From: an uncultured Nitrososphaerales archaeon
Lineage (GTDB): Archaea > Thermoproteota > Nitrososphaeria > Nitrososphaerales > Nitrososphaeraceae
Assembly: GCA_963841565.1 (NCBI GenBank)
Contig: CAWJCY010000001.1
Location: 32,001 to 96,000 of the forward strand
Reading direction: 5' to 3'
Length of the DNA: 64,000 nucleotides
Made by a program: the position numbers and the translations under genes. Below, one piece after another: positions 10,266-18,434 of this stretch. Below the pieces are notes generated by a model. It was not told the DNA's origin, searched no databases, and saw nothing but the letters and a program-made list of their open reading frames with translations. Numbering within the stretch: position 1 is the first letter of the stretch; each line of letters opens with the position of its first letter.

Positions 10266-11438
10266 CTATAAGTAGGGTTTTACTTCTTTTAATATGTTCT
10301 GAACCCCATTTAGCCCACGTGCGACCCTCATGAGATGTGATACATTTCTACGATATTGCTCATCACTTATCAAAGTCAGCATAGCCTCTTTTATAGAGTC
10401 TAGAGTCAATCTGTCTTGCCTCAATGAAATGCCGATTTTTAACCCTGAAACCTTATCAGAATTAGCCAACTGTTCTCCATGATTTTCTATTGGAATACAC
10501 AAGAAAGGTTTTCCAAATTGAATTGACTGAGAAATTGACGCATGCCCTGCCCTTATTACTAGAGCATCGCATAGAGAAAATAGCTCGTCTCTAATGGGAC
10601 ACCATTCAAAATACCAACCTGAATCTGAAATCTTTTGTGGAGAAGCATTGCCTCCAGGTTTGCCTTCTGAAATAGCAAATTGTATCTCTGGTTCGAGCTC
10701 CTTAAAGGCCCTCATAACGAGATTTGTGAGAGGTCTTCGAGTAGGTTCGGGGCCACTAATATGAAGAAAAATGAATGGCTTTTCACTGCTTAGATTGAGC
10801 ATCTGGCTCGCTTCTTCTAGCCGTTCCGAGACTATGGTCGGCTTGGGAGCCGTGAAACCTACGTATTTTATCTTACCTGAAGTAGTGCTGACACCCCAGA
10901 TGTTTTTCTCACTTATTGTCATTGGGGGAGGAAGGTCCGGTATCAATATTTTGTCTGCGAATGACCAAAGGGCGCCAAGTAATTGCCCATTAAACTCTTC
11001 GTATAGACGAGCAATTCGTAACTTTCTCAGCGAAGGAGACAGTAATAGTCTGATTTGATTTAGTATTACTATAGAAGGTACTTTAAGGACTTTGGAAATT
11101 ATCAAGGGAGAGAGTCGGCTATCTGAGATAACGAGATCTGGTCGGCATGCAGTGATATTTCTGATTTCTGCGTTCAACTGTTTTGAGAAATTCGAGAATT
11201 GATATGGGAGACTTGCAATGCTTTTCTTAATCGAAAAGGCGCCTTCCGAAGTCCAAGAAAGCTCGAGCGGTGGAACTCTTTCACATCTAAATCCACTGTG
11301 ACTTAGGAAATCAGTTGCTTCCCCAAACGAAGAAAAAGATACTTCGTAGCCTAATTCTCTAACCTCTTCTGCTAGCATCAACATTCTGCTTGCATGACCT
11401 AGCCCTACTCCATAAGGTGAGATATAAATCCTTGACAA
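10266..11438 (-). CDS. GT-B glycosyltransferase (GT28/MurG-like, MJ1255-like)
   Basis: GVGLGHASR, PDLVISD, RAGHASI, HGEQLAN. Confidence 0.85.
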   Translation of the reverse strand: MSRIYISPYGVGLGHASRMLMLAEEVRELGYEVSFSSFGEATDFLSHSGFRCERVPPLELSWTSEGAFSIKKSIASLPYQFSNFSKQLNAEIRNITACRPDLVISDSRLSPLIISKVLKVPSIVILNQIRLLLSPSLRKLRIARLYEEFNGQLLGALWSFADKILIPDLPPPMTISEKNIWGVSTTSGKIKYVGFTAPKPTIVSERLEEASQMLNLSSEKPFIFLHISGPEPTRRPLTNLVMRAFKELEPEIQFAISEGKPGGNASPQKISDSGWYFEWCPIRDELFSLCDALVIRAGHASISQSIQFGKPFLCIPIENHGEQLANSDKVSGLKIGISLRQDRLTLDSIKEAMLTLISDEQYRRNVSHLMRVARGLNGVQNILKEVKPYL

Positions 11439-11521
11439 GAATTCTGAATCAGTTGAATGGCAGCAAATATTTAGCTTTCAATTGTTGCGGATACGATCTC
11501 TAATATACAAGTACCAATGGA

Positions 11522-12148
11522 CTATTCAGAGGTTCGATCACCTACACAATAAATTCCGCCTCTAGGCTCGGACTCGCTGTAAATGGCACAACTAAATTTG
11601 TATATTTTAACATCGTGGTTCATCCACATGTCCGGAGTCAATCCTGCCTTATAACACAAATTTCGTAGATATTCATCAACAGTCCAGTTATATTCTAAAG
11701 CAACCTGAGGCAGTAGCAGTGATGAGTATTCACCCCAATTTAACATTAATCCATCCACTCCGATCTTTACCATATTTAGATAATCGACAGGCTTAGCAAC
11801 ATTGATCAATTCAGGACGGTTCAAGACACTTACCTCAAAGATCACCTTATCAAGCTCTTCCTCCGAAATAGGTCTAAATCTCGGATCTTGAGTAGCAGCC
11901 GCAACAGCGGCCTCCTCTAATGATGAATAGAATTCACCTTTTGGTAGAGGGAAACCAACACAGCCCCTCAAGGTAATTTCTCCTGACGATAAGTCATGAA
12001 TGGATACAAAAACACCGGCTTGCATCTTAGATTGAACAGAATGTCGTGATCTGGGACCCCTGTCGCTAAATAGTCTTTCAACAGAGTCGCGGGCGATTCT
12101 AACTAATATCTGACCTTCTTCATGAGTTAAAGGTATCATGTACAGCAA
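11522..12148 (-). CDS. AMMECR1-domain protein (AmmeMemoRadiSam protein A)
   Basis: GVFVSI, LRGCVG, AATQDPRF, EVSVL, LLLPQVA, LCYKAGL. Confidence 0.9.
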   Translation of the reverse strand: MLYMIPLTHEEGQILVRIARDSVERLFSDRGPRSRHSVQSKMQAGVFVSIHDLSSGEITLRGCVGFPLPKGEFYSSLEEAAVAAATQDPRFRPISEEELDKVIFEVSVLNRPELINVAKPVDYLNMVKIGVDGLMLNWGEYSSLLLPQVALEYNWTVDEYLRNLCYKAGLTPDMWMNHDVKIYKFSCAIYSESEPRGGIYCVGDRTSE

Positions 12149-12203
12149 CGATTAGAGTTTAGACATGAATTCGATAATGACGGAGGTCATCAAGAGAGTT
12201 GTT

Positions 12204-13247
12204 TCAATCGACTGAACCGCTCTCTCCATAAATGAGTTTCATCTCTTCAAACGTCAGTTTTTCTCCGCCAGACATTTTCTTCAGAGCAGCTTCTTTAAGA
12301 ATATTCCACCTATCTTGATTCTCCTTACTACGTTTACCTTTTTCCTGAGAGGCAGCGTATCTATTCTCTTTTCCTTCACCTCGTGGGTATCTTCTGGCCC
12401 TTTGCTCGGAAGATGCTCTTGTTCTCTTGAATTGAATCGCATTAAGTTGAGTATCAACCATCTCTAATTTCGCATCAGCTTCTCTTACATTCCTGATGTT
12501 TTTACGACGGTCTTCATACAAACTTTCCCTAAGATTTAGCAACTCGTCTAGCTCTGACTTTATTTTTCCAATGCCTTCGCCTAGCTCAGATTTCTGATCA
12601 AACAATTTGTTCATCTTGTTTTTTAGGACATCGTACTGAATCGAAATAGTTCTATACCTATCTTCTTTTTTGTGAATTGCTTTCAAGGAGTACAGTTTGG
12701 TTGCAACTTCTTTTGATTTCAATACCAGTCTTCGTTCCTCATCCTTCGAAAGCTTCTTTGTCTGAATATCGCGCTCAATTTGATCAAGTTGATTATTCAA
12801 ATTTACCAGATCATATCTATCTTTTCTTGAACGTGATGTAGAGGCTTTTTCATCAATTGATTTCATTTGTGCCCTCGCAGCAACGAGTGCATTCTTTAAT
12901 TCGGTAAATTTGCCGAATTCTGCGTCTTTTTGTTCGTTTACCACCTTTAATTTTGCTCTCAAATCATCCAGATTGATTCGTTCATCATCTATGAGTTTCT
13001 TTGTATCGTCTATCTTCTTATTGAGATTTTCAATAGTTTCTTCACCAATCTTCTTTTCCTCAATTAGGGTTTTCTTGAAATCTTGCAAGGTTCTCAGGTT
13101 GGAATCTGATGCGGGTTGCCTAGACGACGTACCCTCTTCTCTATTCCTTGTTTGGGCAGTGGTAGTAGCTGCCGATTTTGCAGAGCCACTGCTCTTATTA
13201 GTATGTTGGTCGCGCATCACGTCGCTTGACGATTGTAATATCACCAA
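12204..13247 (-). CDS. Archaeal coiled-coil protein (COG1340-like)
   Basis: Long K/E-rich heptad region; IQTKKLSKDEERRL and C-terminal GEKLTFEEM motif. Confidence 0.7.
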   Translation of the reverse strand: MVILQSSSDVMRDQHTNKSSGSAKSAATTTAQTRNREEGTSSRQPASDSNLRTLQDFKKTLIEEKKIGEETIENLNKKIDDTKKLIDDERINLDDLRAKLKVVNEQKDAEFGKFTELKNALVAARAQMKSIDEKASTSRSRKDRYDLVNLNNQLDQIERDIQTKKLSKDEERRLVLKSKEVATKLYSLKAIHKKEDRYRTISIQYDVLKNKMNKLFDQKSELGEGIGKIKSELDELLNLRESLYEDRRKNIRNVREADAKLEMVDTQLNAIQFKRTRASSEQRARRYPRGEGKENRYAASQEKGKRSKENQDRWNILKEAALKKMSGGEKLTFEEMKLIYGESGSVD

Positions 13248-13355
13248 AAATATATTTTTTCTGATCCCATTGACTATTTAATTCTTGCCAACTGGTGGCA
13301 TTTTGATCCCTACATGTTTATATCAGATAACATTCAATAAAATTTGGAATAATGA

Positions 13356-13751
13356 ATGGAAGATTTTGAGAAGAACTACCCGGACTTTGACTGGAAAAAC
13401 CTTCCTGCGTACAAGCATCCCTTAGGTAAAGATTGTCCTTGTCCTAAGCACGAATATATCAGAGAACAAATTAGTGTGGCTAAAAATCTAAACAGCTCCT
13501 CAAGGGATAGAGGGCCTCAGTCTAGGCAGAAAGCTCAGGTTACATTGAAGTTTTGTCCAGATCATTACGATGTATACTTTAAAGAGGTTATTCCCTCCAT
13601 GCCAATGAAATACAAAATCATGACCAAAATTGCATTAAAAATTGGAGCTGTTGTCATTCAAAAGATCCCATACATGATGTCTGATCAATGTTTCTACTGC
13701 CGCTTCGGATCAGGAGGATTTGACAAAAAGACTGAATTGCCACCTATCTGA
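13356..13751 (+). CDS. Hypothetical Cys/His-rich putative metal-binding protein
   Basis: CPCPKH, CPDH and CFYC motifs; ATG start with upstream TTTATAT box. Confidence 0.65.
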   Translation: MEDFEKNYPDFDWKNLPAYKHPLGKDCPCPKHEYIREQISVAKNLNSSSRDRGPQSRQKAQVTLKFCPDHYDVYFKEVIPSMPMKYKIMTKIALKIGAVVIQKIPYMMSDQCFYCRFGSGGFDKKTELPPI

Positions 13752-13808
13752 CAGACTCTGTTCCACCTGTTGCAACAATCATCGAATATACGAATTTTTG
13801 ATCTCCAG

Positions 13809-14501
13809 TCAGGACTTCAACAAATTCATAAATGTATTAGCTCTGTTTGAGCTAAACCCTAAGGCTAGAATGTTTCTCAAGATAATGTAAAGATACGGGC
13901 ATGACCTGCCCACTTCGTTTTCATAAGCATAGATGAAATTGTCGTGAATTACGTGATATTCTGAAACCCCCAAGTCCATGATGCTGGCTAAGAAGCTTGC
14001 TATATCCATACTCCTCGAAAAAACAGAATCATCCCCCATAATAAAACTCAAATCAGTTCTGACTAGCTGTCCATGACTGTTTGTAAGGTAGTTTTCCGCC
14101 TTATTATCTAGAAAAACTAATTTGGCATTGTGAAGTCGAGCCGTGAGAATACCTGCTTTGCTCGCCAACAGTGGATCAGCCTTTTTCTCAAAAAGAGAAT
14201 ATAGATTACCCCCCTCAATAAATTCCTCTATTAAGACTTTTTTGCTAATAAACAAGAGAGTTGGGCTAAGAATTTCTAACTTCCTCAACTTTCCTCTCAT
14301 CACAATGCTCTCATTCTGTATTAGCATAGCCCCAAGAGGATGTGGGGAGCTAGGATGCAGTATTAGCACAGACGTTAGCACATAGGCAAATACAAGGATA
14401 AAATCTCTAAAGCCCTTGATCCTCTTGTTGGTTTTTATGACCACTTTACGGCCTTCATATTCGCCTTGCCGAACATGCCTTTGCCAATTCACAAAATGCA
14501 A
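13809..14501 (-). CDS. Atypical protein-kinase-like protein (Bud32/RIO/Kdo-kinase-like)
   Basis: VVIK lysine, IEEFIEG hinge, catalytic DNKAEN, metal-binding TDLS and D(I)ASF. Confidence 0.68.
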   Translation of the reverse strand: MHFVNWQRHVRQGEYEGRKVVIKTNKRIKGFRDFILVFAYVLTSVLILHPSSPHPLGAMLIQNESIVMRGKLRKLEILSPTLLFISKKVLIEEFIEGGNLYSLFEKKADPLLASKAGILTARLHNAKLVFLDNKAENYLTNSHGQLVRTDLSFIMGDDSVFSRSMDIASFLASIMDLGVSEYHVIHDNFIYAYENEVGRSCPYLYIILRNILALGFSSNRANTFMNLLKS

Positions 14502-14570
14502 CTACTACCATATGATTGGAATGTAACTATAAGCTTTATACACAAGAAATATGCATTATGAATTAAGCTA

Positions 14571-15245
14571 GTGCATTCAGGATTACATAGTGCGAAGGAC
14601 TTCTTTACTGAGCAAAACGCCAATACATATGACCAGATCGTGCGATACGCCACAATTGGCAGAGACAATCACTGGAAGAAAAATATTCTGGCCAGGATCC
14701 AAGGAAATACTGTACTAGATCTCGCCTCCGGTACGGGAATTTTGAGTGAGATGATTAGAAATAGTAATGACGCATTAGAAGTATTAAGCTTGGATCTCTC
14801 ATTTGATTATGTCAAGATTTCCAAGAACAGGAGGAAAATTCGAACCGTGGTCAACGCAAACGCAGAAATGTTGCCATTTAGAAATAGAACCTGTGATTGT
14901 ATTGTATCTTCATACTTGGCAAAATATGTAGATATCGACAAATTGGTAACTGAAATTAGTAGAGTAATAACTCCAAATGGGATTGTTGTATTTCATGATT
15001 TTTCATATCCTAGAAATAAGGTCATTAGAATTGGCTGGAAATTACATTTCAAATTGTTGTGCGCAGTAGGCTTAATCGTAACTTCGTGGAGGCACGTCTT
15101 TTCAGAACTTGATCAATTAATTGAGAATTCAAAATGGTCAGAGGAAGTACTTGCATCACTAAAAAGTCATGGCTTTGTCGAAATCAGTTCCATGTATCTC
15201 ACATTCGGTACCTCAAACATGATTGTTGCCAAGAAGAATGAGTAA
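14571..15245 (+). CDS. UbiE/MenG-like class I SAM methyltransferase
   Basis: F...ANTYD....TIGRD.HWK N-terminus, VLDLASGTG, NAEMLPF, HDFSYP and LTFGTS. Confidence 0.8.
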   Translation: MHSGLHSAKDFFTEQNANTYDQIVRYATIGRDNHWKKNILARIQGNTVLDLASGTGILSEMIRNSNDALEVLSLDLSFDYVKISKNRRKIRTVVNANAEMLPFRNRTCDCIVSSYLAKYVDIDKLVTEISRVITPNGIVVFHDFSYPRNKVIRIGWKLHFKLLCAVGLIVTSWRHVFSELDQLIENSKWSEEVLASLKSHGFVEISSMYLTFGTSNMIVAKKNE

Positions 15246-15945
15246 GGAGGACACTAATCGCCTGAACGAATGGTTCGTGCCAAAGTTCGGTCCCATCCAA
15301 TTTAGAATAGCAATAGGAATTTTATTTTTGCCATATACTGCGATGTGTATATCGTTTGCTTTGCTGGGCTCGCTAATTTCTCCTTCAATCCATTGGGATC
15401 GGATAATCGCTATTATTCTTATCTACTTTTTTGCTTTGGGAATCGGCGCTCACTTTGCTGATAGCATTGGTTCACGTAAGAGGCCTTGGGGCGTAGAAAT
15501 TAGTATACATACTTCGTGGATTATTCTGGTATTGTCTATTTCAGTCGCTTACTCAATAGGCATTTATTTTATTATTTATTTTGTGCCACTGCTTTTAGTC
15601 GTGGCTGTTGCAGAAGGTTTTTTTCTCTTTGCGTATAATTTCGAGAAATTTGGGGGGCGTTTCCACACAAATTTTTGGTTTGTGATAGCATGGGGCTCTC
15701 TCCCAGTCCTGGCTGGGTTCATGATGCAGACCAATGCAATTACTCTTGAATCGATACTCGTGGCGACTGTCGCTAGTGTTATCAGTTACGTTGAAATTAG
15801 TCTTTCGAGGCCTTACAAGGTCCTCAAAAGTAACAATGTGCAAAATGGTTCTGCTAGCACATTAGAAAAGTATCTAAAAATAATTAGTTTTGGCACTCTA
15901 ATTATCGCTATGCTAGCCCTGGCCTTACGTATGATTCTGGGCTAA
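15223..15945 (+). CDS. Multi-pass membrane protein, divergent UbiA/MenA-superfamily-like
   Basis: About 7 hydrophobic helices; LPYT, AHFADS, AYN..KFGGRFH and AWG.LPVL.G pattern resembles UbiA-fold helices; overlaps the methyltransferase. Confidence 0.55.
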   Translation: MLPRRMSKEDTNRLNEWFVPKFGPIQFRIAIGILFLPYTAMCISFALLGSLISPSIHWDRIIAIILIYFFALGIGAHFADSIGSRKRPWGVEISIHTSWIILVLSISVAYSIGIYFIIYFVPLLLVVAVAEGFFLFAYNFEKFGGRFHTNFWFVIAWGSLPVLAGFMMQTNAITLESILVATVASVISYVEISLSRPYKVLKSNNVQNGSASTLEKYLKIISFGTLIIAMLALALRMILG

Positions 15946-16001
15946 GGAATGTTTCAAGGGCACACTTTTTTAGTTCTGTCTAGTCAATCTATTCGACGGA
16001 A

Positions 16002-16511
16002 TTGAAAAGAAAAAGGCTTGCTACTGACATATATAATTTGTCAACTTTGCAGAAGGCACTTGTCAAAACAGAAGTTGAGTTAGGATGCAAGATTCCTCCA
16101 CTCCTATTAATTGTTATCATACAAAATGGTTTTTTGGAAAATATACTCCAGTTACTGTTTCGAAGTGATATCGAGGTTATTGTAGAGAGTCAGAGAGAAT
16201 CTGGCTCTGTGTTGTATCGCAAGATTTGTGTTAGAAAGAAACTTGATGGGCTAGTCGTTTTGCATGCTGAATCGAGAATCGAGACTAAGAACCTTCCAAC
16301 CGTGTTGCTTGATAAAATTATTGAAGGAGAAAAGGGGATTGGCAGCTTAATTGAAAATCTTAGAATCGAAACCTTTAGACATATCAAGAATATAGGATTC
16401 GATCAAAGGCAAAAGGCAATATACAGAATTTATGAAATTTACATTAGAAAACAATTGGCTATTACCATAAAGGAGTACTTTCCAATAGACCTACCCCTAT
16501 GGAATTCATGA
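16002..16511 (+). CDS. Chorismate pyruvate-lyase-like protein (UbiC/DUF98/UTRA fold)
   Basis: NG.L..IL, LYRKI, HAESRI, GIGSLI...RIETFR, RIYEI and ITIKEYFP. Confidence 0.68.
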   Translation: MKRKRLATDIYNLSTLQKALVKTEVELGCKIPPLLLIVIIQNGFLENILQLLFRSDIEVIVESQRESGSVLYRKICVRKKLDGLVVLHAESRIETKNLPTVLLDKIIEGEKGIGSLIENLRIETFRHIKNIGFDQRQKAIYRIYEIYIRKQLAITIKEYFPIDLPLWNS

Positions 16512-16718
16512 TAAGAAGAACCTTGAATTCAAGTATAGGGTTTCACTATCGTCATTCATTTTGAAAATGGGATAGTTCCTGCTTCTTTATTTGTTTTCTG
16601 AAGAGCAAATAAGGATCATTTCTCGGGATATCCTACCTCAAACTCCCAATCTTTAGATTATTTAAGCAACAAAGAAAATCACAGAATCGCGTTCATCGCT
16701 GAGTGACGGCTGAAATGT

Positions 16719-17477
16719 TCAGCTACTTGTCAAGAGAAGATTTCGATTATGGTGGTCAGAGATCCTAGTTTGTTGTTCGACTGATAATGCCTTCTTTATT
16801 TCCTGTCGATGATGACAACAGAATGCTTTAACATTTGTTCGCTTATCGAATTTAGGAGCATAAGAGCATTCATAGTCTACAAGTTCTTCAATCCTGTTGA
16901 GGAGGTAGAATGATCCCATATCAGCAATAACACATAATCCTTTCATCCCAGAGTCTTGTATACTCTGTATCAAGGAACCTATTAGAGTCAATATTTTGTA
17001 CGGTTTGTAGCGGATAGGAAAGGAGGCATACGAATCCTCGAGTTGTTGACCAAATGCCCAAATCCTCTTCTCAACGGTATTGCCATTTCGATGGATATTG
17101 CTTGTTCCTTCAGACCGTATGTCAAGATTTGGACATGAATACGCGGCAACAGAATCCATTATTACCATTGGCCATTTTCTCAATTCTCCATCGAGGTCTA
17201 ACCCCATCCTCTTTAGCACATTTTTTATGTTACTAACAGTGTCGTAGTAGGATATTATCAAAATCATTTCATTTTCTGAACTATTTGAATTATTTTCAAG
17301 AAGCACATTTCTGCAGTATTTTGAATATAATTGCCTAAATGATCTGCGATTCGGATAAACCAACATATTATGTTCTCCATAGTTAGAGACCAGCAGTTCC
17401 TCAACCATAGCATTAGGATCAGCTGTAAGAGCTATCTTTTTTTCGCTATATAACGCATCATCAAGAAAGCCAAACAA
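16719..17477 (-). CDS. MEDS-domain-like sensor protein
   Basis: GEHNMLVY, ADMGSF, LVDYE, FCCHH and terminal HH pattern of thaumarchaeal MEDS proteins. Confidence 0.65.
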   Translation of the reverse strand: MFGFLDDALYSEKKIALTADPNAMVEELLVSNYGEHNMLVYPNRRSFRQLYSKYCRNVLLENNSNSSENEMILIISYYDTVSNIKNVLKRMGLDLDGELRKWPMVIMDSVAAYSCPNLDIRSEGTSNIHRNGNTVEKRIWAFGQQLEDSYASFPIRYKPYKILTLIGSLIQSIQDSGMKGLCVIADMGSFYLLNRIEELVDYECSYAPKFDKRTNVKAFCCHHRQEIKKALSVEQQTRISDHHNRNLLLTSS

Positions 17478-17737
17478 TGTGATGGAATACCCTCATCGAA
17501 CTAGCAGCTCAACTAAGGTTCATCCTTTCGCATATTTATTGGTTTATCGATTTATCAATATTAGCATCTAGAATTGATCGTCCCGTTTCAAAAGATATTA
17601 GACCGCTTGAGGGGTTCAGCAGACACGTCACCACTATATGCATATTCAAAAGTCCGTATTTCAAGATCATGTGATGGCTAAAAACTGAACACATCCTTTG
17701 GCGTGTCAGAGATTCGACCGATAGTGCTAAGTCTAGA

Positions 17738-17811
17738 TGGACCGGGTGGGATTCGAACCCACGACCTCGGCAATGCCAATGCCGTATCCTACCAGACTAG
17801 ACGACCGGCCC
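17738..17811 (-). tRNA. tRNA-Ala(GGC), intronless, CCA not encoded
   Basis: Reverse complement GGGCCGGTCGTCTAGTCTGGTAGGATACGGCATTGGCATTGCCGAGGTCGTGGGTTCGAATCCCACCCGGTCCA gives a cloverleaf with a GGC anticodon and G3:U70 pair. Confidence 0.97.
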
Positions 17812-17884
17812 TATCTAGAGTCACAATATCCTCGATATTAATACGTTTGACAGCAGTTAACGATATTATATCGCACTTTATACT

Positions 17885-18328
17885 TTGTACTGGTTTAGGG
17901 TGGCGCCGGAACAATCTGTAGGTGCGGTAATAAAATACTGGTTACCAAATGGAGAAAGAGGGACAAACTCTGAGTTTTTGCTATTGCGAAATAGGAGGGG
18001 TTTCTGGGGTTTCCCACAAGGCCATAAGGAAAAGGGAGAGACTGAACTACAGACGTTGATTAGGGAAGTAACAGAAGAAACCGGCATTAGGTCTATTGAC
18101 ATTCAATCCTATATCGGAAAGATAAGTTATTCCTTCTTCAGAGGTGATGGGATGAAGTCTGAAAAAGAAGTGATTTTTTATTTTGCAACTACTAATACAA
18201 GAAATGTTAGAATTTCGGATGAGCATGCAGGTTACAGATGGGCGTCCTATCTCGATGCATTGTTAATGCTTGGTCATAGACAGCTTAAATCAATATTGTC
18301 GAGGGGACATCGGAAAGGGTTCTATTGA
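17885..18328 (+). CDS. Nudix hydrolase (Ap4A hydrolase-like)
   Basis: Nudix box GHKEKGETELQTLIREVTEETG; SDEH..Y.W; the true start may be GTG at 17900. Confidence 0.88.
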   Translation: MYWFRVAPEQSVGAVIKYWLPNGERGTNSEFLLLRNRRGFWGFPQGHKEKGETELQTLIREVTEETGIRSIDIQSYIGKISYSFFRGDGMKSEKEVIFYFATTNTRNVRISDEHAGYRWASYLDALLMLGHRQLKSILSRGHRKGFY

Positions 18329-18390
18329 ATTTTTGGCAATGACTCTTAACTGGTAGGAATTTTAGTATGAATTTTAGTATATCGGAATAG

Positions 18391-18423
18391 ATTTATATCA
18401 ATGTTCAGGTGGAATAAGGAGGA
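18391..18423 (+). promoter_or_regulatory. TATA box and Shine-Dalgarno site of the radical SAM gene
   Basis: ATTTATAT at 18391-18398 and GGAGG about 12 nt before the ATG at 18435. Confidence 0.55.
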
Positions 18424-18434
18424 AAGTTTAGATC

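Noticed and set aside
16512-17737. Integrated element at the 3' end of tRNA-Ala
   Set aside because: No integrase and no duplicated tRNA 3' end (att site) seen in the window
17703-17921. 72-aa ORF
   Set aside because: Antisense shadow of tRNA-Ala
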